Origin: Opisthocomus hoazin | Lineage: Eukaryota | Direction of reading: 5' to 3' | DNA: 64,000 nt | NCBI RefSeq assembly: GCF_030867145.1 | Contig: NC_134414.1 | Coordinates: 22,742,810-22,806,809, forward strand | Part shown: positions 50,684-63,522 of the stretch, one piece after another | Layout: each line of letters opens with the position of its first letter | Numbering within the stretch: the first letter of the stretch is position 1 | The notes under the pieces: generated by a model | What the model was told of the DNA's origin: nothing | The model's input: the letters and a program-made list of their open reading frames with translations, nothing else | Databases searched by the model: none | Translations under genes and position numbers: made by a program

Positions 50684-50689
50684 TTTATT
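50684..50689 (-). terminator. Candidate CENPJ polyadenylation signal (AATAAA on the - strand)
   Basis: TTTATT on the + strand, about 120 nt downstream of the CENPJ stop in - strand sense. Confidence 0.35.
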
Positions 50690-50806
50690 TCAGGAAAACT
50701 ATAAACAGTATATACACAACAAACTTAAAGGGGTTTCTTTTCTTGTTTACAGGAATGTACATTATTTTTGATGATGTGCTAACAATTCCAATAGTTTTGA
50801 CATTAC

Positions 50807-50999
50807 CTACAACTTAGTGTCCATGATAATATTACCATCCTTGTCTTTTACTCTTACTCTGCCAGAGACATACTTTGTTTCCTGCTGTCCATTCATGTAA
50901 ACAGTCTTGACAGTACCATCTGGATACTCCCGTCTCTTGAACTGTGATGTGTGTAGTTCTCTCTGGCCATTATTGAACTCTATAGTTTTGCTTCCATCT
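50807..50999 (-). CDS. CENPJ: CENPJ terminal coding exon ([64 protein letters not shown])
   Basis: Matches the human C-terminus [64 protein letters not shown]. The stop codon is TAG, which reads CTA on the + strand at 50807-50809. Confidence 0.9.
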
Positions 51000-51601
51000 C
51001 TGTATTAAATAAATGTATATAAGTATTAAAAAAAAAAAATCAATGTCAGAACTGTACATAGGCTTAAGCTTAATCTCAGAAAAAGCATTAAATACACAAG
51101 CCTAAATGAAGGAAGAACTTCAAAAACACAGTATTTGTGAAAAGCCTGTGTTGTTAAATATCATCCCAGCTGGCTGGTAGTCAAAAACCTGTTTCTGCAA
51201 AACTGACGTGACTTCTTTGTACCTGAGAGCCTCTACCACGCTTTCTCTGCACTAAACCTATTGCTGCAACATTCCAAAGTTTAAAACTTAATGTTTTGAG
51301 TCCTATCAGTTAGCTGTCAGACCTGCTTGCTACATCAACTATGTTCTCACATGTTCTCTAGAATTATGCACAAATCAGAAAAACCTCTCAGGCTAGGGTA
51401 TGAGAAAATACACACAGGCACTCAGTCTTTATGTCTCCTCCAAGCTACAAAAAAAAAAAAATACCAAACAGTAACTACATGTTCACAGTACAGTATATTC
51501 AAATCTAGAAATAGATCTGTCACCACATACAGCCTCTACCAGTGAGCCCTAACTGCCCCTTTCCTGTCAACAGGCTAGGGCGCCTAAAAAGGTAATGCTT
51601 A

Positions 51602-51817
<216 letters not shown>

Positions 51818-51821
51818 TTAC

Positions 51822-51906
51822 CTATTTGTCCATTTGAAAACTGCAAGACCTCTAAGCCATCAGAGTATGTAGTATGTGTAGTCTTAGCATCGGCATAATA
51901 ATAAAT
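51822..51906 (-). CDS. CENPJ: CENPJ G-box exon 2 ([28 protein letters not shown])
   Basis: Matches human [28 protein letters not shown]. Acceptor ttttctccag|a and donor g|gtaaag. Confidence 0.9.
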
Positions 51907-52000
51907 CTGGAGAAAACAGTTCAGATTTAACATGACTAGTGAGAAATTTTAGATGTGCATAAATATTTATAGAAAAATGCAGAAGATGCAGGATACATAC

Positions 52001-52141
52001 GACTGTTTGATCAGGCATAACCTGCTTCACATCCCCATTGAAGAAGGTTATAGTTAACGTCTTCCCATCAGAACCCACTTTTTTGCATGTCCCATTGGGG
52101 AAAAATATGAGGTGACAGCCATTTTTCAAGACCTTTTCAAC
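52001..52141 (-). CDS. CENPJ: CENPJ G-box (TCP10 C-terminal domain) exon 1 ([47 protein letters not shown])
   Basis: Near-identical to human [47 protein letters not shown]. Donor gtc|gtatgt. Confidence 0.9.
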
Positions 52142-52242
52142 CTAATGAATACATTACAGAGAGGTCAGTATTGAGCCATCACACTCATTCCTCTTTCACA
52201 ACAGCTGTCTTGTGGAATTTCAGAGTGCAGAGCTCATTTTAC

Positions 52243-52341
52243 CTTTCCATCAGGATAAGCAGTTTCTCTTTGTACCTCGTCACAGTCTGTATATGCCTGT
52301 CCAGAGGCTAGTGACACATGAGCTTCATTAGAAGAGGTGTC
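52243..52341 (-). CDS. CENPJ: CENPJ exon (DTSSNEAHVSLASGQAYTDCDEVQRETAYPDGK)
   Basis: Ends ..YPDGK| just before the G-box, as in human ..ISHPDGK|VEKV. Acceptor cacttcag|g and donor aag|gtaaaa. Confidence 0.6.
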
Positions 52342-53052
52342 CTGAAGTGACAACAATAAGCATAAACTCAAGTTGACCATTGTCTTTATACAATTTTTTT
52401 TCCTTAGGTTCACAGGTATTTTAGGAAACAAGGAGCATCAGGGAAGGAAGACATAAACATAATGTGGGTTGTATGCAACTCCTAGTATAATTAAAGCGGT
52501 AAGACACTGAGACTCAGCAATAATTGGTTGTCTGTGGTCAGCTGTAGTCTGGATGTGGAGTTCAGTGGTGTGTTGTAGCATGGTGTTCAACTGCCTTAAG
52601 TCATCCATGTCAAGGTAATGAAACAACTGATAAAGTTTCATAAAGCCTGAATTCTATCCACAGCAATTAATGCAAGAATTGATTCAACTATTTAAAAGAT
52701 TCTTGCATGGTTACCCTACATGGAGCATATAAACATCCATCTTTTTCCCCTCTCTCAAAAGGTAAAACATTTTTTGAAATTCAAGGAAGGAGGAGATTAA
52801 TTTTCTTTCCTCAGCCAGAGTGTTGCAACTACTAGACACAGGTAAAACAGTCTGCATGGACTACTACATAGCCATTTTCTGCTATGACAATAAAATCGCA
52901 GTTGAAGAACATAAGGTGAGTCAACAGCTTGACCAATCACCCTCCAGATGACTCATCTAAGCACAAGTAACTATCTTTTACTTTAGGCTTTTTCCTCCCC
53001 CTTAAAAAAAAAAAAAAAAACAAAAAACAAATCAACACACAGGACTTACTAC

Positions 53053-53150
53053 CATAGAAGTCCTAGAAGGATCTTCTAGTGCTGTCATTGCTTCAGAGTT
53101 GCTTCTGTCACTAGCGGGTCCTGATGCAGGTGTTGTAGCAAGTTTTCCTA
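53053..53150 (-). CDS. CENPJ: CENPJ candidate exon in the S/P-rich linker (..GKLATTPASGPASDRSNSEAMTALEDPSRTSM)
   Basis: Open frame whose entry phase matches the previous exon. Donor atg|gtagta. Acceptor ambiguous, either 53150 or 53147. Confidence 0.4.
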
Positions 53151-54068
53151 CTGAGACACATGTAATACAGTTAATTTGGACAGCTTAGTGTTATATATGA
53201 GGTCAAGCTGTACAGGACACCTACAATTCTTATTAAAAGAACCAGCATAAGCCAGCTGGCTCAGGTATGTCATTGCTTCATGTGTCAGCACAAAGCCACA
53301 ACTGAAGAATCACTGCAACAGGTATAACACCTGCACTTTCTCTCCTATTTCATCACTGTAGATTTACAAAGGAATTTTCCACATGCACCCCTAGGGATCT
53401 AGACAACATTATTAGTCATGCTTATAATGAATAATAGACGACTAATATAACCTTTTAACAGGAATAGAGTAGCAGACTTTTCCCATGTCTTTCCTAGCAG
53501 GCCAGAAAGACTACCAAAATAAAACCAGCAAGGGCTTCAGTTCTGGAACATGCTCCTCTTAACAGATAACATGACGACAGCTTGAGCTGTCAGAGGTGTC
53601 AGAAAAGTACCCTCCAGTTACTTCCCATACGGGATTATTCATTAGGAAGGGGTATAGCTGCCAACAGCATTCACTCCTAACTCTGAACAAGGAACACCCC
53701 CGCTACAACATTGCTAGTATGATTACAGATCCCGGTAACAGAAAGTTCTGAGGAGACACGGCAGTTCCAATGCTATCACCACAGCCATCTAATAGACATC
53801 TACATCTTGGGGAACACCAACGAGTGCCATTTTGGATTACAGAATGCAGCTTCTGGTATGCTCCAGAGCACCAACCATGAAGAACAGAATGGTCTCATCA
53901 CAGCTTTCTCCAGAATCTTACCCTGGGAGGTATTTATCCATGTGCTCAAGTCCATTACGACTATTCTCTGTCTACTTTTGATATGGTAATGCACTCTTTA
54001 ATAAAAGCAAAAATTCAGATTAATTTTCTTTTAAAGAGTAGCAGAATTTTCTGATTAGACAAACATAC

Positions 54069-54168
54069 CTTTTGCCTGTGAATAACTTTTGCCATTTATC
54101 TTGCTGCACTTCTGTACCGGAGGAAGCAAAGATGCAGTTTGACTTTTTGGGCCTCTATTTGGTAGGCA
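54069..54168 (-). CDS. CENPJ: CENPJ exon (CLPNRGPKSQTASLLPPVQKCSKINGKSYSQAK)
   Basis: Resembles human YLPMQGNPPRRSKSAPP... Acceptor cctttcttttag|t and donor aaaag|gtatgt. The phase links the flanking exons. Confidence 0.6.
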
Positions 54169-54782
54169 CTAAAAGAAAGGAAGTTATTTGTGGTTTACAT
54201 GACATTCATTCATAACTGTTTATACATCAGCAACAAAATTTATACACCATGACATGAAATTTACTAGAAGTTTTCTTCACAACTAGACATTTTTGAGATA
54301 TAGTCAGCAGAAGGGCTTGTGTGACATAGCCCAAGCTATACTTTGGGACTGGCTACCAACAACAGAGAATGTTAATTTGGTGCAAGCAATCCAGAATAAT
54401 AGTTACAGTTTCAACACTAACTATAACTGCTTTATAAATGTAACTGCTTTAGACAGTCGTGAACTGCCTGGTTTGCCTGGCTGATCCTGAAGGTGCGGAG
54501 GTTCACAGGTTAGATCCGATCTAAGATTTTTCTCTTATAATTGCTTAATTTTTAATTTCTAAGATTAGTTCCTCAACAGAATGGATGCTGCGCATTGTGA
54601 ACATTCACATTTGGAGACAATGTGACATTAAGAAAAATATGTGTCTGCCACCACGACTGGAGTCTCAAGATCAGTAAACTAAAAGTAAACATCTAGGTTG
54701 TAGCTATTGGATTCCAGGTTTATGATCCAAAACTCAGAGTATTCACACAGATTAATTTAAAACACCAAGATTAATAACTTAC

Positions 54783-55022
54783 AGATTCTGCTCTTTTTAG
54801 AGTTATCCCAGAATTTTCTATTTTCTTCTTGCTTCCAGCAGCTTCTACTTTCTTCCAGGCTTCTAGACGAAACCTCTCCATAATTTTGACTTCCTCTTTT
54901 AGCTCCGTATTCTCATTTACTAAAGCTTCTATTTGATCTTTCAGGCGTCGATGGGTTGTTGACCATTTCGCTTCTTTTCGTTTTAAATCTTCCTGTAACT
55001 CTACAATCTGCTGTTTTAAAGA
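54783..55022 (-). CDS. CENPJ: CENPJ coiled-coil exon ([80 protein letters not shown])
   Basis: Matches human [61 protein letters not shown]. Acceptor ttttcctaag|t and donor tct|gtaagt. Confidence 0.85.
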
Positions 55023-55509
55023 CTTAGGAAAATACATGTTTATAAAAGAGCTTTCATTTTTAATATATTAAAAGATTTTAATGTTCTAATAGAAATACAA
55101 GCACACAAAAAATGCACAAGAGTGGCAAAAAAATAAGATCAGCTTAATGGGGCAGAGAGTGAAAGGCAGAAGTTTTCTTTCCTGGAAGAGTTATTATTTA
55201 TTTTACCAACTTTATAAACTCAGCTTCAGTCACTGGAGTTTAATACAACTTGTCTGTACATCTCATGTACCACACATACTGACAATAAAGGAGCAAACAG
55301 ATCTTGTTTCTTACATCTCTGATACCTAAAGACCTACAAGTAATAACAAAATATAACTTTGAAAGTTGTGGAAGATTACTACATTTACTGTACAACAGTT
55401 ACAGACAGAATAAAACTCAAGTACAGTTCTAGTTTCCACTTTGATCCACTACCATGAATAAAAACTTACAACTTAATTACAGTGGACTAGAAGAATAACA
55501 TTTTCATAC

Positions 55510-55675
55510 CTGAATTTCATCACGTTCTTTTTTATCTGGAATTGCTCTAGCTTCTGTGGTATATTTTTCAAAAACTTTACGCTCCTTTTGTAGTTTTTTA
55601 ATTTCCTTTTTTTTATATTCTTCTATTTCAGCCAGTTCTTGGGCTTTCTGCTGTTGAAAGTCTGCAATTTCTTTC
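55510..55675 (-). CDS. CENPJ: CENPJ coiled-coil exon ([56 protein letters not shown])
   Basis: Near-identical to human [56 protein letters not shown]. Donor cag|gtatga. Confidence 0.85.
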
Positions 55676-56325
55676 CTGTAATTATGAAACAAAGTTGTTG
55701 TTTTAGCCCAAAGCTACTTCAAATCTGGATTTTAAGGAAGAAAACAAAGACTCTGAATTTTGTGGTCATTGATTCCAACCCAGCAACTGTTACCCTGAGG
55801 AAGACTTACCTATAAATTATATTACTTATTTAAGGAGGTCACAAATTAAACATTAGCCTACAATGTGATGCTGTTTCCAAACAAAACAAAAGTGACTTTG
55901 GTAGGAATAGGTGTGCCACATTTAAGTCACTAGAGATAATTGTCTGCTCCGTATCTCACTTATAAGTCCTCCAGTTCAAATGAAACTACTCTGCAACCCA
56001 AAGGGAGAGCATCAATCATGTCAGCATGAAGATCAGTTTTGCAAGGCTAATTTAGAACTGTTGTCACTCAGAACAAAAGTATATAAATTCGCCCAAGTAT
56101 AGTCTTTAAGTATATCATATTAAACTGACAGGGGTTCTTAATATTATGATCTGTGCAATAATTACAGTTTAATATATACATACAGCAACAACAAGTTTCT
56201 TGACCTATGTTTCCACTGTAATGGAAACACCAATTATTTACCTGTGCTGTTGGTAACTGGACATTATGATAGTCTGGAACATACTACGTAAGTGAATGCA
56301 CCAAAATGTTTCCATTAAAAGTTAC

Positions 56326-56458
56326 CTGATATTTGCCAAGGCACACTCTCTTTCTTCACGGAGTTTAGTTAAAGCTGTGTTTTCAGCTCTGAATCTCTCT
56401 ATTTCAGTTTCCAATTCACTGAGTCTCCCTCTCAGTACCTGGGATGGAACAGTGTTTC
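56326..56458 (-). CDS. CENPJ: CENPJ coiled-coil exon ([44 protein letters not shown])
   Basis: Matches human [44 protein letters not shown]. Phase joins on both sides. Confidence 0.8.
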
Positions 56459-56883
56459 CTGTCAAAGAACAGCCAGATGCAAGTTACCTAAGCAGCATCA
56501 ATAAGACTGAAGTAAACAATTATCACACATCAGTTAAAAAAAAAAAAATCAAGTGATACTATTTTAGAGATAGTAGTAGCAAAAAAAAAAAGATAGTAAT
56601 AGCAAAAAAAAAATTTCCACTATTCAAATAACACAGAAGTGACATTTTAAAGCACTCTGCACTGTTTTCTCAAGTACCTCAAATATTGAATATATCTATC
56701 ACCTTTGTAGACCTAAATATATATTAGGACTTTGAATGTGAAGGTCTTCATGTCAAGCTAGAAAAATGAAATGAAATTACAAGGGCCAAGCATCAAACAG
56801 GAAAGCTGATGGTGGAAGTTTTTTCCAAGATGTATTCCCACCAAAGTCTGTTCACACCCATCACTGATGTGAAATCTGTTGCA

Positions 56884-57370
56884 GAGACCACAGAATGGTA
56901 GGGGTTGGAAGGGACCTCTGTGGGTCATCTGGTCCAAACCCCTACCAAAGCAGGGTCACCTACAGCAGGGTGCACAGGACCTTGTCCAGGTGGGTCTTGA
57001 ATATCTCCAGAGAAGGAGACTCCACAACCTCCCTGGGCAACCTGTTCCAGTGCTCTGTCACCCTCAAAGTGAAGAAGTTCTTCCTCGTGTTCACATGGAA
57101 CTTCCTATGCTTCATTTTGTGCCCACTGCCCCTAGTCCTGTCGCTGGGCACCACTGAAAAGAGTCTGGCCCCATCCTCTTGACACCCACCCTTGAGATAT
57201 TTATAAGGTCCCCTCTCAGCCTACTCTTCTTCAGGCTAAACAAGCCCAGCTCCCTCAGCCTCTCCTTGTAGAAGAGATGCTCCAGTCCCCTCATCATCCT
57301 TGTAGCCCTCCGCTGGACTCTCTCCAGTAGCTCCTCATCTTGCTTGAAGTGGGGAGCCCAGACCGACAAT
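56884..57370 (-). mobile_element. CR1 LINE 3' fragment on the - strand inside a CENPJ intron
   Basis: The - strand encodes [53 protein letters not shown]...[33 protein letters not shown]. The + strand shows cacagaatggtaggggttggaagggacc, the reverse complement of the CR1 terminus. Confidence 0.9.
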
Positions 57371-58421
57371 AGGATTTGTGGGATTTTTTTGCCATCCTGG
57401 TTTCCCATTGAGTCACTACTTAACGCTCCCAGGGTTTTAATAGTCCACTTCTGCATATGCAAGAGGAGAGCCTAAACACTGATGTTGTAGTGTAAGTAGT
57501 TGCCTCATTCACCCTTAAACACTCTGAGATTTAGTAAGAAAACCCTACCCCTCTTCCTGCAAACATCAGCATCTTTAGATAACCCTACAAAATCAATTTG
57601 CAACAAAACAACACCCAGAAGTAGCAGCTTTCATATGAACTTCTCATAAAAACCTAAACAAAATCCTAAACGTTCTTTGGAGCAGGGTTTGAAATTATCT
57701 CCCCACCTTACAGAAAAGAGATTTAAATGCTAGGCTATGCCATCATGCTTTCACAGAACAACTGCATTTTTAATGATCTCACATAAAAGCTCCTGGTGAA
57801 GCTGATCCATTTACAGGCAGCCCTTCCCCAGACTGTAACCATAAGGTGAAAATCAACTTGGGCAAAGCAGAAGAACAAATCCACATTTCCCATATTCCAT
57901 GTGAATTCTCTAGATACTATACTACTGTCAGAAAATACGGACAGGGCTGCCACCTCCTTATATTTCATAAGAGGAACAAGCTAACCTAATGGTGCATAGC
58001 ATTACCCTATTGTGGTGTAAATGCACATTGTCACTGGAAAGGGAGGTACTACTTAGTTTTCAGCATGCCTTTGACACATTCTTTCATCTGGGAACAGTGA
58101 TCAAGCAGCTCCAGATCAAATTAGTTCAATGAGCTGGTCTGACAGAAAACTAGCCTCCAGGAAAAAAAAAAAAAACACTAAAATAAAAAAAATAAATGAA
58201 GTTTTCACTGATCATACTGATCCTGCAAGCTGCTCAGGTGTTAGATCTGACATCAGACATGCAACCAGGAGAGGTGAAAGGTGAGAACAGGGCCATTCCC
58301 TGCAGCAGGAGTCTGTACTTACACCCTTTGGTATAATCTCAGGTTGTAGCTTAAGCATTAGAAAGACAGACTTGTAATATATGCCTTCTTCAATACTTCC
58401 TAACAGTTGCTGTTCTCTCAC

Positions 58422-60045
58422 CTCCTGGCTCCTGTTCCACGTTTAATTTGATTTTGTGCTCCAAATGACAGCCTGCCTTCTGTTTTGGTTTCAGTGAAGG
58501 AAACAGTTTCATCATCAGGTCTGATACAGGAGGTCCATTTGAATCACTGTCCACTGCAGACTCTTTGCACATTTCATCTCCCCTCTTTAAGGCAACTTTT
58601 CTCTTTATTGCTTTATCTGGGACAGTTATATCATTCTTACTGGAAAAGTTCATTTGTAAAGGTATTTTAGAATATTTTTCAGGTAAATCACTGTTAACAT
58701 AATTTTCATCAAGATCACTCCATGTTCTTTCATCATCAAACTCAAACTTACTCCTATTTATACAAGCCATGCTTCTCTGATGGTCTGAAGCTTTTCTGAT
58801 CTTTTGCTTTGACCGTGCACTGCAATCTTTGTCTGACAAGCCAAGGTCAACATCTCCATTTTTGCTTTCTTTGCTGATGTCTGTAACAGAACCTCTACAA
58901 TCAAGAAATTCTGGATCACTTTCTCTATGGCTGATAAAGGATGTCTTAGCATCTTCATTTTCATGCTTTAATGTGGTCTCAAATTCACTCTCAGAATCTG
59001 TAGTAGTATCACCATTGCCCTCACCCTTATCTTCATTTACAATCCATTGATTACTTTTTAAAGCAGGAGCTGCTGTCATGGAAGAAGCTGAAAATACTAC
59101 ACTGTCCGTTTTATTCAATGGATCCTTCATTGTGAAAGCTGTTCCTGAATTTGAGACAGTATGCGTACCTGCTCTATCATTTATATTTCCCTGTGTCATA
59201 CACTCTGCCTTCTTATTTTTCTTATTCGTAAGTTCAACAGCCAGTGCCTTTACTTGCTGCTGTTTTGCCTTGATAGGGGTAGAAGACATTCTACGGCCTT
59301 TTGAAGTTTGCTGATCTTGATCCAAGATCCTTTGCACAAATGAGGAATTACTTGAGAAAGATATTTCATCTGCAGCTTGTTCAAGAAACAAAAATTCATC
59401 TAATTCTAGATTCTCTCTTTCTTTTTCCTTTTCCCAGTTTTCCAGCTTATTCTGAAATGAAACTTCAAAAGACAGTTCTGGATCTTTTACAGGGTGACCT
59501 ATAGGACATTTAGAATTAGAAAAGGCACTGGCCAGCTCATGAGACAACTGAGGCTTTTCTGTGCCAGGTAATTTGTTTTCAATTTGGCCAGTATTAGGCT
59601 TCATAAATTCTACTATGTTCTCTTTATTTTTTATTTTGTTTTTAATTTCTGATGGGAAAGAATCTCTCATCTGTCCATCATGATTTTTTCCTGGTTGCAT
59701 TCTTGTTTCTAACAGTGAGATATTTTTTCCACTGTGATTCCTGAGTACTGGGGTCTTCTGAATAGGACAATGTTTTGCTTTATCAGGGTAGTTATATTTT
59801 TTACATGGTGCAAAAGGGTTCTCAGAAACCAGTTCTTTGCCAGGAGGCATAGTTTTCTTCTGTGTTTGTGATCTGTCCACTTTAATAACATGTCTGTCAT
59901 CTGAAGCCCTTTGTGGAAGGTTTGGGGTGTCTTCTCCAAGTTTTGTAATTTTAGATTTAGCATTAGTGAATCTTGTTAAGCCTTCTCCTCTTTTCAGGAA
60001 GGGTCGTTTGATCACTTGTTTTTGAATGGCTGATCCATTTGACTC
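58422..60045 (-). CDS. CENPJ: CENPJ large central exon, about 541 codons. It is equivalent to human exon 7 and covers the tubulin-binding PN2-3 region and the A5N region.
   Basis: [77 protein letters not shown] and PPVSDLMMKLFPSLKPK all match CENPJ. Acceptor ccttttcag|gag and donor g|gtgaga. It is the 575-aa ORF in the ORF track. Confidence 0.9.
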
Positions 60046-60337
60046 CTGAAAAGGGGTAAGGAAAAGTGAAACACAAAGTATTAAAAAGCCCCTTACACAA
60101 TTTGAAGATTCCTTCAAATAAACACCACATATGACTAGGAATTTATATAGTACATTTCTACTGGATTTCTAAAGACTTCTTAAACAAATGAAATGTTTGG
60201 GGCTTATTGTTTTATTTTTAAGAATGAATATTGCATTCAGTGTTAGCTTTCGATGCTAGAATCCTCCTTGTAGATTTCTAAAGCACCTATCACACCTTGG
60301 CACAATACATAAAGAACAAGAAAAAAAAATAAATAAC

Positions 60338-60443
60338 CTGTAACTTCTGGGTTTGCTCCAGACGCTGTTGTTCTAGTTGTATCTGTTCTTCCAGGAATTC
60401 TTCAAATGTCTGTTTTTTCTCATGAATTGCAGCTTTAATGGGT
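60338..60443 (-). CDS. CENPJ: CENPJ exon ([36 protein letters not shown])
   Basis: Matches human [28 protein letters not shown]. Acceptor ttacattag|a and donor cag|gttatt. Confidence 0.75.
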
Positions 60444-60876
60444 CTAATGTAAATTAAAAAAAAAAAAAAAAATCAAGCCTTACATTTCTGTGTAAAATAA
60501 CTGTGTTTAATGTCACTGCTATTCAAAGACCTAAGGTGTAATTACATAAAAGATGACAAATTATGAGGTACTTTGGTCATTAGGTGTCAAAAATAATCTG
60601 AGAAATGCATTGTAACACTAATTGTTTATTATTTGAGAAATGGTTTATCAAATCCTTGATATAGTTAATACACATATCTAAAAGATACTGTATGCAGGTT
60701 TTGCTGTTCCTTCTTTCACTGCTTTTCTCAATGACCCTTTCTTCTGCCCAGACCTCCAAACTTTCACTCGTATTTTAGTCATACTGCCAATTACTGCAGT
60801 ATCACCTTCCCACTCAGTAATGCTACTAAGACATGTCCTTATCTCCCCCTTTGATACTCCTCCTCCTTCACAGCCT

Positions 60877-61400
60877 TGTACCGGGTCTGGCCGGGATGGA
60901 GCGAGCTTTCTTCGTGGCAGTCCATATGGTGCTGTGCTTTGGGTTTGTGACTAGAACAGCATTGATAACACACCAGTGTTTTAGCTATTACTGAACACTG
61001 CTCGCACATCAAAGCTCCCCCTCGCCCCAGCACGAAGGCTAGGGATGGGCAATAGGCTGAGAGGGGACACAGCCAGAACAGCTGACCCAAACTGACTACA
61101 GGGATATTCCATGCCATACAACATCATGTTCAGCAGTAAAAACTGGGGGCTTGGTCTTCCAAAAGTCACTGTTGCTCAGAGACCAAGTGGGCATCGGTCT
61201 CCTTGTGGGAGGTGAAGAGTGACAGCTTTTGCATCACTTGGGGTTTCCCTTCCACCCTTCCTTTTCTCATTAAACTGTTTCCATCTCAACCCACAATTTT
61301 TCTCGAGTTTGCTCCTCTGATACCCTTTCCCATTCTGCTCCTGGGGACAGAGTGAGCAAGCAACTGAGTTCCAGCTGCTGACTAGGCTCAACCCACCACA
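60877..61400 (+). mobile_element. Solo ERV LTR, about 520 bp, in a CENPJ intron
   Basis: Starts tgtaccgggtctggcc and ends acccaccaca. ggatattccatgccatacaacatcatgttcagcagtaaaaactggggg resembles avian ERV LTR U3 motifs. Related in layout to 32838-33485. Confidence 0.6.
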
Positions 61401-61988
61401 GCCTGGAACAAGTATTTCTTCTCTTTGTGATGACCCCACAGACAAGGCAGAGCTTTAAAACAAGGCCAGTTGCTACTTTTATTCTAATCAGCTCCATAAA
61501 CAAAGCCTTTACCATACATGAGAATGTTTCTGCCACAGGCACCATGATTACTTCTTAGCCACGTATAGATATTTACAGAAATATAACTCCTGGCAATAAA
61601 CTAGAAAGTCACAGCCTTACACTCCTCCTTCACATTACTACTTTCACCACATAACAGGTGATAGAAGGTTGTAGTAAATCAAATTTGGAACAGTAATTAT
61701 AACTGCTTATGTACTAAGACTATACTAAAACATGCTTCTAAACTATCATTACCCTACGTTGCACACGCATCTTCAGCCAATCCACAACATCACATCTTTC
61801 ACAGCATAAGCAATTTCAAGCCAGAGCCTCTCTTAGTACAGGTCTCCACAGTACCTACCAAAATTGAAACCTTGGTTGAGAAAGCTACAAAAACTGAAAG
61901 AATGTGATATTCTCAATCAGGACTCAGAATTCAACCAAACTTATGTTATTTGTTTGATAAAATTTAGAATAATAATGGTCTGAATTAC

Positions 61989-62133
61989 CTTTCTTCTGTA
62001 TTAGTCCATAAATCTTTTCCTTCACTGCAATTTTCAGAGAGATCTGCACTTTCCACACATAAAGGATCAATGTGATTATCTTCACTCTCCATTAGTATTT
62101 CCATCTTTTGTTCTGGACACCACATGTTTTTTC
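61989..62133 (-). CDS. CENPJ: CENPJ exon (GKNMWCPEQKMEILMESEDNHIDPLCVESADLSENCSEGKDLWTNTEE)
   Basis: Acceptor ttctgttaatttcatag|g and donor aag|gtaatt. Joins the next exon as ..NTEERPIKAAI.. (human ..NIEERPIKAAI..). Confidence 0.6.
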
Positions 62134-62467
62134 CTATGAAATTAACAGAAATTTTTTTTCCTCCACAACAAAAAATCAGTTTTCAGCTCATACTTTAAGC
62201 AGCATTCAGGTCAGATTAAAACCAGAAGTGAGCTTCATGGAAATGTGGTCTGAATTTCTACATAAAATAGTCCTAAGGTTTCCCCAAATTAATTTTTATT
62301 TGAATAAAGGATCATCCAATTATGTATTAAAAATTTTCTACAGACCTGAAATAACCCATTCTCGTTGTTCATCTTATTTTTAAGCCATAAATTAACAATA
62401 GCAAAGAACTGAACAAATTTGGATGTCTGCGGTACTGAAAAGCTCTCTCATCAAGCTTCTGTTTCCC

Positions 62468-62484
62468 ATATATATATATATATG
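62468..62484. repeat. (AT)n microsatellite
   Basis: atatatatatatatat read directly. Confidence 0.9.
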
Positions 62485-63225
62485 CATAGATTAAGATCAA
62501 TTTATACTTTCACATCCTCTTAGACCATGCCCTCTGATTAAAGCTTTAAAGCTGGTATGAAGTATGATGAAATGCAATCTCACACCTTTTCCCCAAAACC
62601 TGTACAGGTTTTCAGCAACCTTATTAAATTCCTAGATTAAAATCAAAACCACTATTCCAGTCATAGCAGCATAGTAGTCATGCTGGTGCCAATGGTAAAA
62701 CTGAGGAGGAAAGATAAAGAATTCCAGTGCACTGCTTCTGATGTACAAATAATTTTTAGTCATATGATGGGATCTCTTTGTCAACCCATCTTAACTCCTA
62801 AATCCAGTGCAGTTACTAATCCTCAGTAGAGCTAGTCTGAAGACATTCTGTATCCCTGAATAGATTATTTTCCATTTGCCATGTGAAAATGTGGGTACAG
62901 TTCAGCCCAAACAATTCAGCTACCCAATATCTGTCATTATTTGCTATTTTTGCAGTCTTTATCATATATACGCTTTATCAGCAAAGATTCTGATTTTTAC
63001 CTAAAACAGAGAAGCATTTCATACAGACAGAAGAACTTGGATTTTTTCCTCATGCTACTTCTAATAAAATTCACATAGACATCAACAAGACGACTCTGAG
63101 GTCTGCAAGCTGTCCCTAAAGCAACACTTGTAGAAAATCTTCAAAATAAGTAGTAGAAAATGACGCTCAGTAACTACAAGGTGAAAAAAACCCACCACAA
63201 AGTTCTCTTTTTATAAATGACTAAC

Positions 63226-63522
63226 CAGTAACATATTTGTCTTCCTCATTTTTCAAACAATTCTGTGTTTTCAGAGGCACACCCAGACCTTGTTTCTCAC
63301 AGGCAGACACTCCCAAAGGACTGTTCTTCAAGGATGAGCCACATTCTTTGCTGTTCAGCTTTTGTAAGAAATCATTGTCTTGTGTATGTGGAGAAACAAT
63401 TGGAGCATAAGCTCTGTCTTCAACGATATTCGGATACTCAGACGATGGTAACTGGTGTAAAGTTGTTAAGCCCGCTGAACGCCCAGGTCTTAGCTTTTGA
63501 CTGTCAGCCATTAGAGTACAGC
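63226..63522 (-). CDS. CENPJ: CENPJ first coding exon. ATG at 63509-63511 (MADSQKLRPGRSAGLTTLHQLPSSEYPNIVEDRAYAPIVSPHTQDNDFLQKLNSKECGSS...EEDKYVT).
   Basis: An in-frame stop lies just upstream of the ATG. Acceptor ttttcttttaatttcaag|g. Weak similarity to the human N-terminus (..PSRAGV..). Donor actg|gttagt; its phase fits the next exon. Confidence 0.55.
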
